From IMG/VR virus record IMGVR_UViG_3300032224_001473, positions 2,489 to 66,488 of that record: 64,000 nucleotides of DNA; one strand, given 5' to 3'. The notes below the pieces were generated by a model. The model had not been told where the DNA came from and made no database searches. It saw only the letters and a program-made list of their open reading frames with translations. Shown one piece after another: positions 22,298 to 31,665 of the stretch. Numbering within the stretch: the first letter of the stretch is position 1; the number at the start of each line of letters is the position of its first letter. Position numbers and translations under genes: made by a program. This DNA comes from a virus.

Positions 22298-24424
22298 ATG
22301 AGTTTTTTAAATAGTAATAATTCGGAGTTCTTGTCAGCAAGAATAACCAATAGAGGTAGAAAGGCAATAGCTAATGGTAATTTTAATATCCAATATTTCC
22401 AAATTGGAGATTCCGAATATGATTATACAACACCTTTTAATAGTTTAACGGGAACTACAGGACAACAAAAAGTATTTGCACCATTTGATTATGAATCAGG
22501 AGTAAAATATCCTTTTGGGTTGGATAGTACAATTTCAACAACTTACGGAACACCAATATCAAATAATAAAACAGTTACATTAAGAAATGAAATGGGTCCT
22601 GCTGGATTTGTTTCAAAATATTCAAGTACACCAACAATTAAAACCAAAACACAACAAATTGCTTATTCTAAAATAAGCGGAACAACTAGTTTAGTTGTAC
22701 CAACAGGAACCACATTTAATGGTTGTGAATATGTTACATTGGTATTTGATAGTTTTTCGGGAACAACAATAACAGGTAAAACAAATAGTTTAATTTATAA
22801 AATTAGTGGTATAACAGGAAATACAATTGTATTGGATCGTAATTTACCAAACTTAACTAGTTCAGGTTTAACAGGTAATGCACAAGTTGTTTGTAATAAA
22901 TGTTTGATTGAGGCACTATCAACTAATTTAATTGAACCAATTGATTATACAGCACAATTAAACTCATGGACATTAAATACCATTTGGTCAGATAAACCAA
23001 TTGGTTGGAACTCTGGAGATGAAGAATTGTCAGGTTATGAAAGCAATAAATATGTTTCAATTAAAAATTATTTAGGATATACAAAAACAGGACAAACTTT
23101 TAATAATTTTACGGGAGGTACAATAACTGGAACATCTTTTGCCAATTCATTTTCATCAGGATCAACACATGAATTAATTCAAGTTTTACCATCAGAACAA
23201 AGATGTGTGGCAATTTTACATTACTCAGAATTAGGTGATATTTTAATTGATCCCGAAAGATTTTTTAAGTACGATGATTACATAAGTTCATTAACAGGAA
23301 CAACAGGAACAAGTATTTCATTATTTGGAGATTTAGATAGTTCGGATAGAGACTATAATAAAAGTGACAATGATTATTTTGAAGTTTATGTTCCGTTTAT
23401 TTACTATCATAGAAATACAGGTAATACCTTAGGTGCTCTATTTACGATGGATAAAACAGATTATTATGTTAAATCAACAATTAATTCAAGACACCAACTT
23501 AAATTTAGATATCTATTAGATGAACAAGGATATAAAGTTGGAAAAGTTTTTGTGAACAATAAAATCATTGTTTTTGATGATCAGGAATTGGTTGCAATTT
23601 TAGATTATAGATCAAATAGAAGATATACTTTACCTTCACCTAAATTAGGTTTATTACCAATTGATGGTAATATTAGTAACTCAATGTTATCAACAACAGG
23701 AGTTACCGCATGGGTTACTTACATGTTTGAAAATACAAGTGGTAATACTTTAAATTCACTACCATGTAATTACTATAATAAAATTACAAGTAACGGTACA
23801 CCTTCACAAATAACGATGAAATTTAATACGGGTAATACTTTTTCAAACATGATTATTTCAACATCAGATTTAACTGATGGATTTCTTGCTAATAAATTTT
23901 ATGCATTAGTACAAACAGGAAACACCCCAACTTCAGATAATTGGAAAAAAATTGACATCACATCACAAGTAACAGGATTTACGAACGGTTATATAAATCC
24001 ATCAAGTTTAAAAGATGTTTCATTTGTTATTTCATATTCAGGTTATTCATCAGCGTCTAATTTTGATTTAGAAACACATTTAACACCAATCTCAACAGAT
24101 TATTTAAGTTATACAGGATCAACTTTACCACAATTTGGAGATGAACAACCGTTCCCCGGTAGTGTTAGATTGGTTAGGGCAACAGATATTGAAGAAATGA
24201 ATATGATAATTAATTTACCCACGGGAACGTTTGGAGACACACCAAACAGTAATGGTGGATATTCACAAAATCCAACTTATCCAAAAACAGGAACATTACC
24301 TCCAACATATATTACTGAAGTTGCGTTGTTAGATGGTAATAAAGAACCGTTAGTTGTTGCTAAAACACCAACACCGGTAAAAAGAGCCGGAACACAAGTA
24401 TTTGCTATTAAATTAGATTTCTAA
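22298..24424 (+). CDS. Putative baseplate/tail structural protein
   Basis: N-terminal ARITNRGRK..A.GNFNI.YFQIGDSEYDY and C-terminal YITEVALLD...LVVAK...PVKR...IKLDF resemble phage tail-collar/baseplate proteins. Confidence 0.65.
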   Translation: MSFLNSNNSEFLSARITNRGRKAIANGNFNIQYFQIGDSEYDYTTPFNSLTGTTGQQKVFAPFDYESGVKYPFGLDSTISTTYGTPISNNKTVTLRNEMGPAGFVSKYSSTPTIKTKTQQIAYSKISGTTSLVVPTGTTFNGCEYVTLVFDSFSGTTITGKTNSLIYKISGITGNTIVLDRNLPNLTSSGLTGNAQVVCNKCLIEALSTNLIEPIDYTAQLNSWTLNTIWSDKPIGWNSGDEELSGYESNKYVSIKNYLGYTKTGQTFNNFTGGTITGTSFANSFSSGSTHELIQVLPSEQRCVAILHYSELGDILIDPERFFKYDDYISSLTGTTGTSISLFGDLDSSDRDYNKSDNDYFEVYVPFIYYHRNTGNTLGALFTMDKTDYYVKSTINSRHQLKFRYLLDEQGYKVGKVFVNNKIIVFDDQELVAILDYRSNRRYTLPSPKLGLLPIDGNISNSMLSTTGVTAWVTYMFENTSGNTLNSLPCNYYNKITSNGTPSQITMKFNTGNTFSNMIISTSDLTDGFLANKFYALVQTGNTPTSDNWKKIDITSQVTGFTNGYINPSSLKDVSFVISYSGYSSASNFDLETHLTPISTDYLSYTGSTLPQFGDEQPFPGSVRLVRATDIEEMNMIINLPTGTFGDTPNSNGGYSQNPTYPKTGTLPPTYITEVALLDGNKEPLVVAKTPTPVKRAGTQVFAIKLDF

Positions 24425-24463
24425 CTCTTTACTATTCAGACAATTTGAGTTAATTTTTACTCT

Positions 24464-25072
24464 ATGAGTATAGATATTAATTTCAAAAACAAACCAAAGA
24501 TTTTAGGATTGGATATTTCCACTAAAACTATTGGGTTTGCATTGTTTGATATGACAGGTTCTAAATTATTAGAACTAACACATTTTTCACCAAAAATTAA
24601 ACCACAACCTGAAGATAAGATTGAGGAGTTAATTAAAAAGGCAGATGCATTTAAAAAACATTTGGAAAGTTATAAAGACATGGGAATTCTTCGTGTTATC
24701 ATTGAAGAACCATTGTTGCAGTCAAATAACATCTATACTATAGGAACATTATTACGTTATAATACATTGATACTTAAGAACTGTTATGATGTGTTAGGAG
24801 TGTTACCAACATTCATTTCAACGTATAACTCAAGAAAATTTGCATTCCCTGATTTGGTTGGTCCAAATGATAAAGGACGTAATGTTTTATTTGGTGGATA
24901 CCCAAGAGATATTGATAAGAAACACGTTATTTGGGAACACGTTAATAGTGTATGTCCTGATATCAATTGGTTATACGGTAAAACGGGTAATCTTAAAAAA
25001 GAAAATTATGATATGGCAGATGCCGCATGTTGTGTTATTGGTTATGTTAACATGAACAAACAAACATCTTAA
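24464..25072 (+). CDS. RuvC-like Holliday junction resolvase
   Basis: ILGLDISTKTIG, VIIEEP and C-terminal DMADA acidic residues of the RNase H fold. Confidence 0.8.
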   Translation: MSIDINFKNKPKILGLDISTKTIGFALFDMTGSKLLELTHFSPKIKPQPEDKIEELIKKADAFKKHLESYKDMGILRVIIEEPLLQSNNIYTIGTLLRYNTLILKNCYDVLGVLPTFISTYNSRKFAFPDLVGPNDKGRNVLFGGYPRDIDKKHVIWEHVNSVCPDINWLYGKTGNLKKENYDMADAACCVIGYVNMNKQTS

Positions 25073-25127
25073 AATATTCGGCAACTAAAGTTTTACTTTA
25101 CGAGATGTAAAAGATATATTTATATTA

Positions 25128-25199
25128 GGACGGGACGAGAGTTAAAAGACTCGTTTGGTTGGAGGGAGTCGGCGTGGTGTCCGGCTCCCATTTTTTTTT
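25128..25199 (+). ncRNA. Candidate small structured RNA or attenuator leader
   Basis: GC-rich island right after a TATATTTATA box. Hairpin 25133-25156, then a 9-bp stem 25164-25189 followed by T9. Confidence 0.5.
25164..25199 (+). terminator. Rho-independent terminator
   Basis: GGGAGTCGG-cgtggtgt-CCGGCTCCC-a-TTTTTTTTT. Confidence 0.85.
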
Positions 25200-25226
25200 A
25201 TCATACTTTTTTATTATATTATAATC

Positions 25227-26168
25227 ATGAACACCCAAGAAGTAGATTATTCTGCCGTATTTGACATTTTAGAAGATATATTTGGTGACTATAAGAATCA
25301 TAATGATTATAGATATCAAGTATCATTTGATTGTCCTGTGTGTTCACATGAAATTAAAGGATTAGATAAAGGAGACGGTAAAGGAAACCTTGAAATCAAT
25401 TACAAATATGGTGTCTATAAATGTTGGGTATGTGCTGAGACACATAATACCCACGGATCGATCTATAAGTTAATTAAGAAGTTTGGCAATCCAAAACAAT
25501 TAAAGAAATATCTTTTACTAAAACCTGAAGATGATGAGGAGATAGCTGCAAGAACATATAAACCTGTAAAATTACCAAAAGAATTTATTTTATTTAAAGA
25601 TGCTAGCATGGGACTTAAGATGACCCCACAATACAAGCAGGCATACAATTATATTAAAAATAGACACATAACAGATTTAATGTTGCAGATATATAATATT
25701 GGATTTTGTTATAGTGGACCATACGAAAGTAGAATTATAATTCCATCTTATGATGAAAATAAAAGATTGAATTATTTTATCGCCCGTTCTTATTTACAGA
25801 AGACAAAGAGAAAATATATGAATCCTGAAGCACAAAAGGAAACAATTATTTTTAATGAACATTTAATTAATTGGGACGAACCAATCTACATAGTAGAAGG
25901 GGCTTTCGATAGTATTTTTATTCCTAACGCAATTCCAATGTTAGGAAAATTTATTAGCGAACATTTATTTATGAAACTCTACAATAATGCCAAAAAAATA
26001 GTTATAGTGTTAGATCCCGATGCGTATGACGACCAAGAAAGATTATACCACAGATTAAACTGCGGTAAATTAATGGGAAAAGTGTGGAGTATAAAATTAG
26101 AGGGAGACAAAGATATTGCCGATTTACAAGGGAACATAAGTGAATATAAAATGAAACAAATAGATTAG
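25227..26168 (+). CDS. DNA primase (zinc finger plus TOPRIM)
   Basis: CPVC...CWVC zinc finger, RIIIP, IVEGAFD and LDPDA TOPRIM motifs. Start moved to ATG 25227, after the terminator. Confidence 0.88.
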   Translation: MNTQEVDYSAVFDILEDIFGDYKNHNDYRYQVSFDCPVCSHEIKGLDKGDGKGNLEINYKYGVYKCWVCAETHNTHGSIYKLIKKFGNPKQLKKYLLLKPEDDEEIAARTYKPVKLPKEFILFKDASMGLKMTPQYKQAYNYIKNRHITDLMLQIYNIGFCYSGPYESRIIIPSYDENKRLNYFIARSYLQKTKRKYMNPEAQKETIIFNEHLINWDEPIYIVEGAFDSIFIPNAIPMLGKFISEHLFMKLYNNAKKIVIVLDPDAYDDQERLYHRLNCGKLMGKVWSIKLEGDKDIADLQGNISEYKMKQID

Positions 26169-26169
26169 A

Positions 26170-27039
26170 ATGAATTTAAAAGACATCTCATTAGAGATAA
26201 ATGATTTATTAGAAAAAAGAAGAAAAGAATTAGAATTAACATTCATAGAAGAAGAACACATTTATTATATGAAAGATGTTGATGGTGAAATTAAAAAGAA
26301 CTTCCCATCAGTATCAAAAATTGTTAAGAAATTTCATAAACCATTTGATGCTGAAGGTATGGCACTTAAGATGTCCAAAGGTGATCCTGAAGGACAGGCA
26401 GAATTACTCGCTGAATGGAAACAAGCTGGCGACTTATCAACTAATATGGGTAGTCGTGTTCACTTTGAATTAGAGAGTGAATTAATTGGTCGTTTTGATA
26501 ATTACAAATCAGTTAGAGAACCTATATTCACAATCAACGAAGAACAACAACGTAAAAGTGATAACATGATTATTGCGGGAAAACAATTTCTTGATTTAAT
26601 GTTAGAACGAGGTGGTGTATTATTAGATACTGAAATTGTATTAGGTGATCCTACTGAACAATACACAGGACAACCAGATAAAGTATGGTTGATGCAAAAC
26701 AAAGAGAAAGATGGATTTGGATTCGTCATTACAGATTGGAAAACAAATCAACCAAAGAACTTTGAGGTACATCATTATACAGGTAGATTATATCCACCAT
26801 TCAACAATTACCATGATAATGCCTTAGGTCATTATTATTTACAATTACCATTATATGGTCGATTGTTGCGTAAGATGTTGGAAGGAACAAAATATGACGA
26901 CACTAAATTATTGGGTAATGTCGTCGTCTTATTAAAAGACGATGCAACATTTACCGAATATAAAGTTCCACATCAAATTAACAACGCAATCCTACAAATG
27001 GATTTATCAAAATATATTTCAAGATGGTCAAAAAAATAA
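26170..27039 (+). CDS. PD-(D/E)XK exonuclease
   Basis: PSVS, GSRVH, E...GQPDKVW, ITDWKTN and YYLQL.LY motifs. Confidence 0.8.
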   Translation: MNLKDISLEINDLLEKRRKELELTFIEEEHIYYMKDVDGEIKKNFPSVSKIVKKFHKPFDAEGMALKMSKGDPEGQAELLAEWKQAGDLSTNMGSRVHFELESELIGRFDNYKSVREPIFTINEEQQRKSDNMIIAGKQFLDLMLERGGVLLDTEIVLGDPTEQYTGQPDKVWLMQNKEKDGFGFVITDWKTNQPKNFEVHHYTGRLYPPFNNYHDNALGHYYLQLPLYGRLLRKMLEGTKYDDTKLLGNVVVLLKDDATFTEYKVPHQINNAILQMDLSKYISRWSKK

Positions 27040-27842
27040 TACACATTGCCGATTTACACATTCGTACAATTCAAATGCACGATTTATATAGGGAACAATT
27101 TGAAAACCTATTAGAAGAAATTAGTAACAAATCTTTAGAATGGGAAAATGAAAATATATCGCACGACGAAATTAGAATTATTATCGCAGGTGATGTTGCA
27201 CATCAAAAAATCAATATCTCAAATGAACAATTACTTTTAACAAGTTGGTTCTTGAGAGAATTAACTCTTTATGGTAAAGTTGTTATTATTCCTGGCAATC
27301 ATGATTTCTTGGAAAACAATACCCAACGTATGGATAGTATTACGCCGGTTGTTCAATTATTAGACGACCCAACTATTGTTTACTACAAAGATAGTGGTGA
27401 TTATATCGATGAAAACATTCAATGGGTTGTTTATTCGTTATATCAACATAACGCACGTCCTGAATTTACAAAAGATGAAACTAAATTAACTATTGGATTA
27501 TTTCACGGACCTATTATGGGATTATCGACAGACTTAGGTTATGAGTTTGAAGATGCGTATGACCAATTAAACTTTGTTGATTTGGATTTATTGTTATGTG
27601 GTGATATTCACAAGAGACAGCAATTCACATTACCTAACGGAGGTCATGCAATTATGGTTGGAAGTTTAATACAACAAAACTTTGGAGAGACAGTTAAACA
27701 TCATGGGTATGGAGTATATGATGTAGAATCTAATGAATATGAATTTCACGATTTAGAAAACGAACAACCGTTCCTACACTTTAGAATAAACGATATCAAA
27801 GACATAGAAAATGAAACCGAAGAGCACGTTAATCTTGGATAG
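27024..27842 (+). CDS. sbcD: Mre11/SbcD-like metallophosphoesterase nuclease (nuclease domain only)
   Basis: HIADLH, AGD, PGNHD, FHG, GDIHKRQ and GSLIQQNFGE motifs. Confidence 0.85.
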   Translation: MVKKIIHIADLHIRTIQMHDLYREQFENLLEEISNKSLEWENENISHDEIRIIIAGDVAHQKINISNEQLLLTSWFLRELTLYGKVVIIPGNHDFLENNTQRMDSITPVVQLLDDPTIVYYKDSGDYIDENIQWVVYSLYQHNARPEFTKDETKLTIGLFHGPIMGLSTDLGYEFEDAYDQLNFVDLDLLLCGDIHKRQQFTLPNGGHAIMVGSLIQQNFGETVKHHGYGVYDVESNEYEFHDLENEQPFLHFRINDIKDIENETEEHVNLG

Positions 27843-28344
27843 TGAGTTCATTCAATATTGTGGATTAAACAAAATAGATAATGTAGATAAGTTAGCACAG
27901 GAAACCTTCAATAGAGGGTTTTCTTTGTTAAAGTATGGTGAAACACCAAATGGTAATAGAACTAAAGAAATAGTTGAAGTCACAAAAGAGGTTATAAAAG
28001 AAGTGATTGTTGAAGTTGAAAAAATTGTAGAGGTACCTATTGAAGTTATTAAAGAGGTAATCAAGGAAGTAAGAATAGAGGTACCAATAGAGGTCATTAG
28101 AGAGGTTGTAGTTGAAAAGAAGGGTAAAACTAAGACCGTTACAAAAGAAGTTATTAAAGAGGTTCCTGTTGAAAAAATTGTGGAAGTTATTAAAGAGATA
28201 ACCAACAACGAAGAGATAGAAAAATTGATGAAGGAAAATGAGAAATTAAAGACGGATTTAGAAAAGATAACTAAATCTTTAAGTGGGTTAGGTAAGGGTA
28301 GATACTTGAAGAATTCAGATCTTGGAAGTTTATACGACGAGTGA
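27811..28344 (+). CDS. Hypothetical protein with (V/I)-E-V-(I/P)-K-E repeats and a coiled coil
   Basis: Repeated EVIKEV/EKIVEVP units. Confidence 0.7.
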   Translation: MKPKSTLILDSEFIQYCGLNKIDNVDKLAQETFNRGFSLLKYGETPNGNRTKEIVEVTKEVIKEVIVEVEKIVEVPIEVIKEVIKEVRIEVPIEVIREVVVEKKGKTKTVTKEVIKEVPVEKIVEVIKEITNNEEIEKLMKENEKLKTDLEKITKSLSGLGKGRYLKNSDLGSLYDE

Positions 28345-28406
28345 TAATATCCGGCAATTCACTTTTTTTTACGAGATAATTTATTTATACTTTATTATAA
28401 TCAGAA

Positions 28407-28982
28407 ATGATAAATAAACGACGTATAAAAAAGAAAATTATGTCAGTTAAAACAACAGGTAGACCAAGAGTCTACAACACGGGAGGTTTCGATGATTCCT
28501 CATCAAGAAATGCAATAATTAAATTCTCAATGGAAACATTAGAACTCGAAATGATTGCAAACCCAAATAAGTACGGTATTGATTTATTGTACAAAGAAGA
28601 CCCAACATGGGGGGTAGAAATAGAACATTCCAAAAATTGGACTGGTGATTTCTTCTCGGATGAAAACAAGGGTCTCAATAACAAAAGCGGTTTAGGTTTT
28701 AAAACCGTAAACATTCCTTGGTGGAGGAAATCCAAATATTGGAATCCCGAAAAAAACCAAGGATGGGATAAAAATATTTACATTAGAACTAATGTAGATT
28801 TTTCTCAGGTTATTTTAATTAGACCTGAAACATTTGCAAATCCCGCTAAATGTCATGTTGCGAATTTCCAAACAAAATGGATTACAACTGGTGAACCTGA
28901 AGAATGGAGATCATTTAAAAGAGAAGATGTTGAAGTGTACAACTTAATAAACGGAATTTACATTTTAGATACAAACTTTTAA
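28407..28982 (+). CDS. Putative PD-(D/E)XK-like nuclease
   Basis: YGIDLL...GVEIEH pattern. Alternative start at 28440. Confidence 0.45.
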   Translation: MINKRRIKKKIMSVKTTGRPRVYNTGGFDDSSSRNAIIKFSMETLELEMIANPNKYGIDLLYKEDPTWGVEIEHSKNWTGDFFSDENKGLNNKSGLGFKTVNIPWWRKSKYWNPEKNQGWDKNIYIRTNVDFSQVILIRPETFANPAKCHVANFQTKWITTGEPEEWRSFKREDVEVYNLINGIYILDTNF

Positions 28983-28983
28983 T

Positions 28984-29289
28984 ATGATATTAATATTTTA
29001 CGCGCTAGCAGCATATGGTATGACTTCCATATTGGTATGGGGAAAAATATTCAATAATCAAAGGGATTGGATAAAAAAACATTCTAATTTTTTTGGTGAT
29101 TTAATATCATGTACATTATGTACATCAACATGGGTTGGATTTTTTATGTCACTTGTATTAGGTGGTTTAAGTAATCATTATTTTAAAGCACCATGGTTTA
29201 TATATATGTTTTTTGATGGAATGTTTTCTGCTGGTTCGGTGTGGGCAATAAATGCAATAATTGAGACCTATGAAAACAAGTCTAATTAA
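28984..29289 (+). CDS. Small membrane protein, DUF1360-like
   Basis: Hydrophobic helices and an LISCTLCTSTWVG motif. Confidence 0.65.
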   Translation: MILIFYALAAYGMTSILVWGKIFNNQRDWIKKHSNFFGDLISCTLCTSTWVGFFMSLVLGGLSNHYFKAPWFIYMFFDGMFSAGSVWAINAIIETYENKSN

Positions 29290-30061
29290 ATCAACACATA
29301 TGAATTTCGCATTAGAAAATAATACAAAAAAAATAATAAAACTGGCTGTTGAAAAAATAACAGATACTGTTGATTATCATAAAGAAATGATAAAAACCAG
29401 TAAGAAAACACATAAAATGCAGGAACAAGGACATGCGAATGCTGATAGTGTTGATAGTCAAGTTTGTGATATTTTAGAATCGTCAGGAGATGAAATGGAA
29501 TTTTCATATAAAAATATTTCATATGTTATAAAGATAGTTGGTAAGGAACAAAAAAGGTCTTTTGGTGACATATATGCTGAAATATATGTTAAAGATACTA
29601 TGGAAATGTTTTATAAATTCCCAATAAATACTAAAGTCACATTTAATGATGCAAGTGGTAATCCAAATTTAGCTGCCTTTAATAGAATATTAGAAAATTG
29701 TATTAACGGTTCTTTCCATTATTTTGTATTTACAGTCGATTGTACATTACGTGAAAAAGATTGTGACGGACCAATTTCTGTATATTGTACTAGTGTACCA
29801 TATATTATGAATTTAGAACCATTAAAATATGTTGGTTATAATGCTGGCCCCGGTCAAATGATGTTAAACAAAAATCAATTACATAAATTGAGAACTGAAA
29901 AAAATGTGAATGTTCTTTTTGATACTGAAATGAGTTTTGATGGTTTTGATAAGGTATTACATTTATATAATGACAAAGTACAAGAACATATTGAATTAAA
30001 GAAAGAACAAATGGAAACTAAAAAAACATTAATTAACGAAAATATAGATAAATTTTATTAA
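29270..30061 (+). CDS. Putative type II restriction endonuclease
   Basis: Immediately upstream of a DNA methyltransferase. FGDIY...PINTK could be a PD-(D/E)XK-like active site. Start at 29270 or 29300. Confidence 0.45.
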   Translation: MKTSLIKSTHMNFALENNTKKIIKLAVEKITDTVDYHKEMIKTSKKTHKMQEQGHANADSVDSQVCDILESSGDEMEFSYKNISYVIKIVGKEQKRSFGDIYAEIYVKDTMEMFYKFPINTKVTFNDASGNPNLAAFNRILENCINGSFHYFVFTVDCTLREKDCDGPISVYCTSVPYIMNLEPLKYVGYNAGPGQMMLNKNQLHKLRTEKNVNVLFDTEMSFDGFDKVLHLYNDKVQEHIELKKEQMETKKTLINENIDKFY

Positions 30062-30066
30062 AGTAG

Positions 30067-31665
30067 ATGACAAAGGCAAAAACAAATAGGGGACATAAAC
30101 AACAGATGGGGCAATTCATGACTCCACCCAATTTATCTTTATCAATAATTGAAAAAAATAATTACACTATAGATAGTAAAGTATTAGAACCATCATTTGG
30201 AGAAGGTTCTTTTATATTAAATCAAATCGACATATTCATTAAAAATGTTTATAAAGATAATTCAATTGATACTATTAAAACCATATTGAAAAATAACATT
30301 TATGGATGTGAATACGATGAAAATCTATATGAAAAATGTATTGAAAACATCAAAAAAAAATATAATTTAGATGAATTTGAGCATAATTTAAAACATGGTG
30401 ATTTTTTAATCACTAAATTTGATGGTATAACTTTTGATTTTATAGATGGTAATCCACCATTTGGTGGTACTATCAATCCTTTATATAATGAAAAATTAGA
30501 TAAGGAATATGGTAAGGTTAATGGATTAAAAATAAAAAAAGAAACCTATTCATTTTTTGTGATAAAATCATTGGAAATGTTGAGTGAAAATGGTAAGTTA
30601 ACATTTATATGTTCAGATACTTTTAAAACCATCAACACAATGAAAGGATTAAGACAGGTTATGTTGCAACATACCGTCAACTTAAAAAATTTAAATTATT
30701 TCTCGGAAGAAACAACATATGGAATGGTGGTTGTAAGTGTCACAAAAAATAATACATCTAAACTAATATATGATGATAAAGAAATTAATTTAGATTCAAT
30801 TAAACAAACACCTAATTTTTCATTTGAAATAGAAGAAGATTTGATAAAATATTTTAATGGGCGATTATTATCTAATTACATGAAATGTAGTAGTGGAATG
30901 ACAACAGGTAAAAATGAATATTTTGTAAGAAAAATTGTTAATGGAAAAATTATTGAGCCGTATGAATTTACATATTACCAAAGAAAAATAACATTGATTG
31001 ACGAACTATCTAAATCTAATCATAATTTTTTAAGTGAAGCTAAAGAAAATAAATATAAAGAAAAAGAAAAAAACGGAGATACCATTGAAGATGTCTTAAT
31101 GACACCAAGAGAAACACCATTAGAAATTGAAATACCAAACGAAGATTATTTTTATTTTAATAAAGCGGTAAGCGATGTTCTTTACGCTAAACCAACATTT
31201 GTAATATATTGGAAAGATATGGGAAAGGCGGTTATTACATACAAAAAAAATGGTAATTGGTATTTAAATGGAGTTGGAGGAAAACCTTTTTTTTATAAAG
31301 AAGGTTTGACATGGTCATTAATAGGGTCAAAGGTAAATCCAAGATATCTACCAATTAATTATGTATTGGATAGTGGAGCTCCAATTGGTATATTAAATGA
31401 TAATGTAGATAAAGATGAATTATATTTTATAATTGGTTGGTTGAATAGTGATTTATGTAATTTAATATTAAAAAAAGTAATCAATCATACAAGAAATATA
31501 CAAAGTAAAGATGTTGAAAGATTACCATATCCATTTTGGGTTAATGATGAAAATAAAAAAATTGCTATTAATATTACAAAAACGGCAATTAAAAATAAAA
31601 TAGAAAATGACGAGTTATCCCAAGAATATTTTAATGAGATAAATAATATTTATAAATTTAATTAA
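30067..31665 (+). CDS. N6-adenine DNA methyltransferase (gamma class, TaqI/Eco57I-like)
   Basis: GQFMTP, motif I VLEPSFGEGSF, motif IV GNPPF, and a C-terminal target-recognition region (GLTWS). Confidence 0.88.
   Translation: MTKAKTNRGHKQQMGQFMTPPNLSLSIIEKNNYTIDSKVLEPSFGEGSFILNQIDIFIKNVYKDNSIDTIKTILKNNIYGCEYDENLYEKCIENIKKKYNLDEFEHNLKHGDFLITKFDGITFDFIDGNPPFGGTINPLYNEKLDKEYGKVNGLKIKKETYSFFVIKSLEMLSENGKLTFICSDTFKTINTMKGLRQVMLQHTVNLKNLNYFSEETTYGMVVVSVTKNNTSKLIYDDKEINLDSIKQTPNFSFEIEEDLIKYFNGRLLSNYMKCSSGMTTGKNEYFVRKIVNGKIIEPYEFTYYQRKITLIDELSKSNHNFLSEAKENKYKEKEKNGDTIEDVLMTPRETPLEIEIPNEDYFYFNKAVSDVLYAKPTFVIYWKDMGKAVITYKKNGNWYLNGVGGKPFFYKEGLTWSLIGSKVNPRYLPINYVLDSGAPIGILNDNVDKDELYFIIGWLNSDLCNLILKKVINHTRNIQSKDVERLPYPFWVNDENKKIAINITKTAIKNKIENDELSQEYFNEINNIYKFN

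Noticed and set aside
25128-25199. GC-rich island as a tRNA
   Set aside because: No cloverleaf, T-loop (TTCRA) or CCA end. Retained only as a candidate ncRNA or attenuator.
25155-25226. ORF-track N-terminal extension of primase (MVGGSRRG...)
   Set aside because: It runs through a terminator hairpin and T tract. ATG 25227 is the more plausible start.
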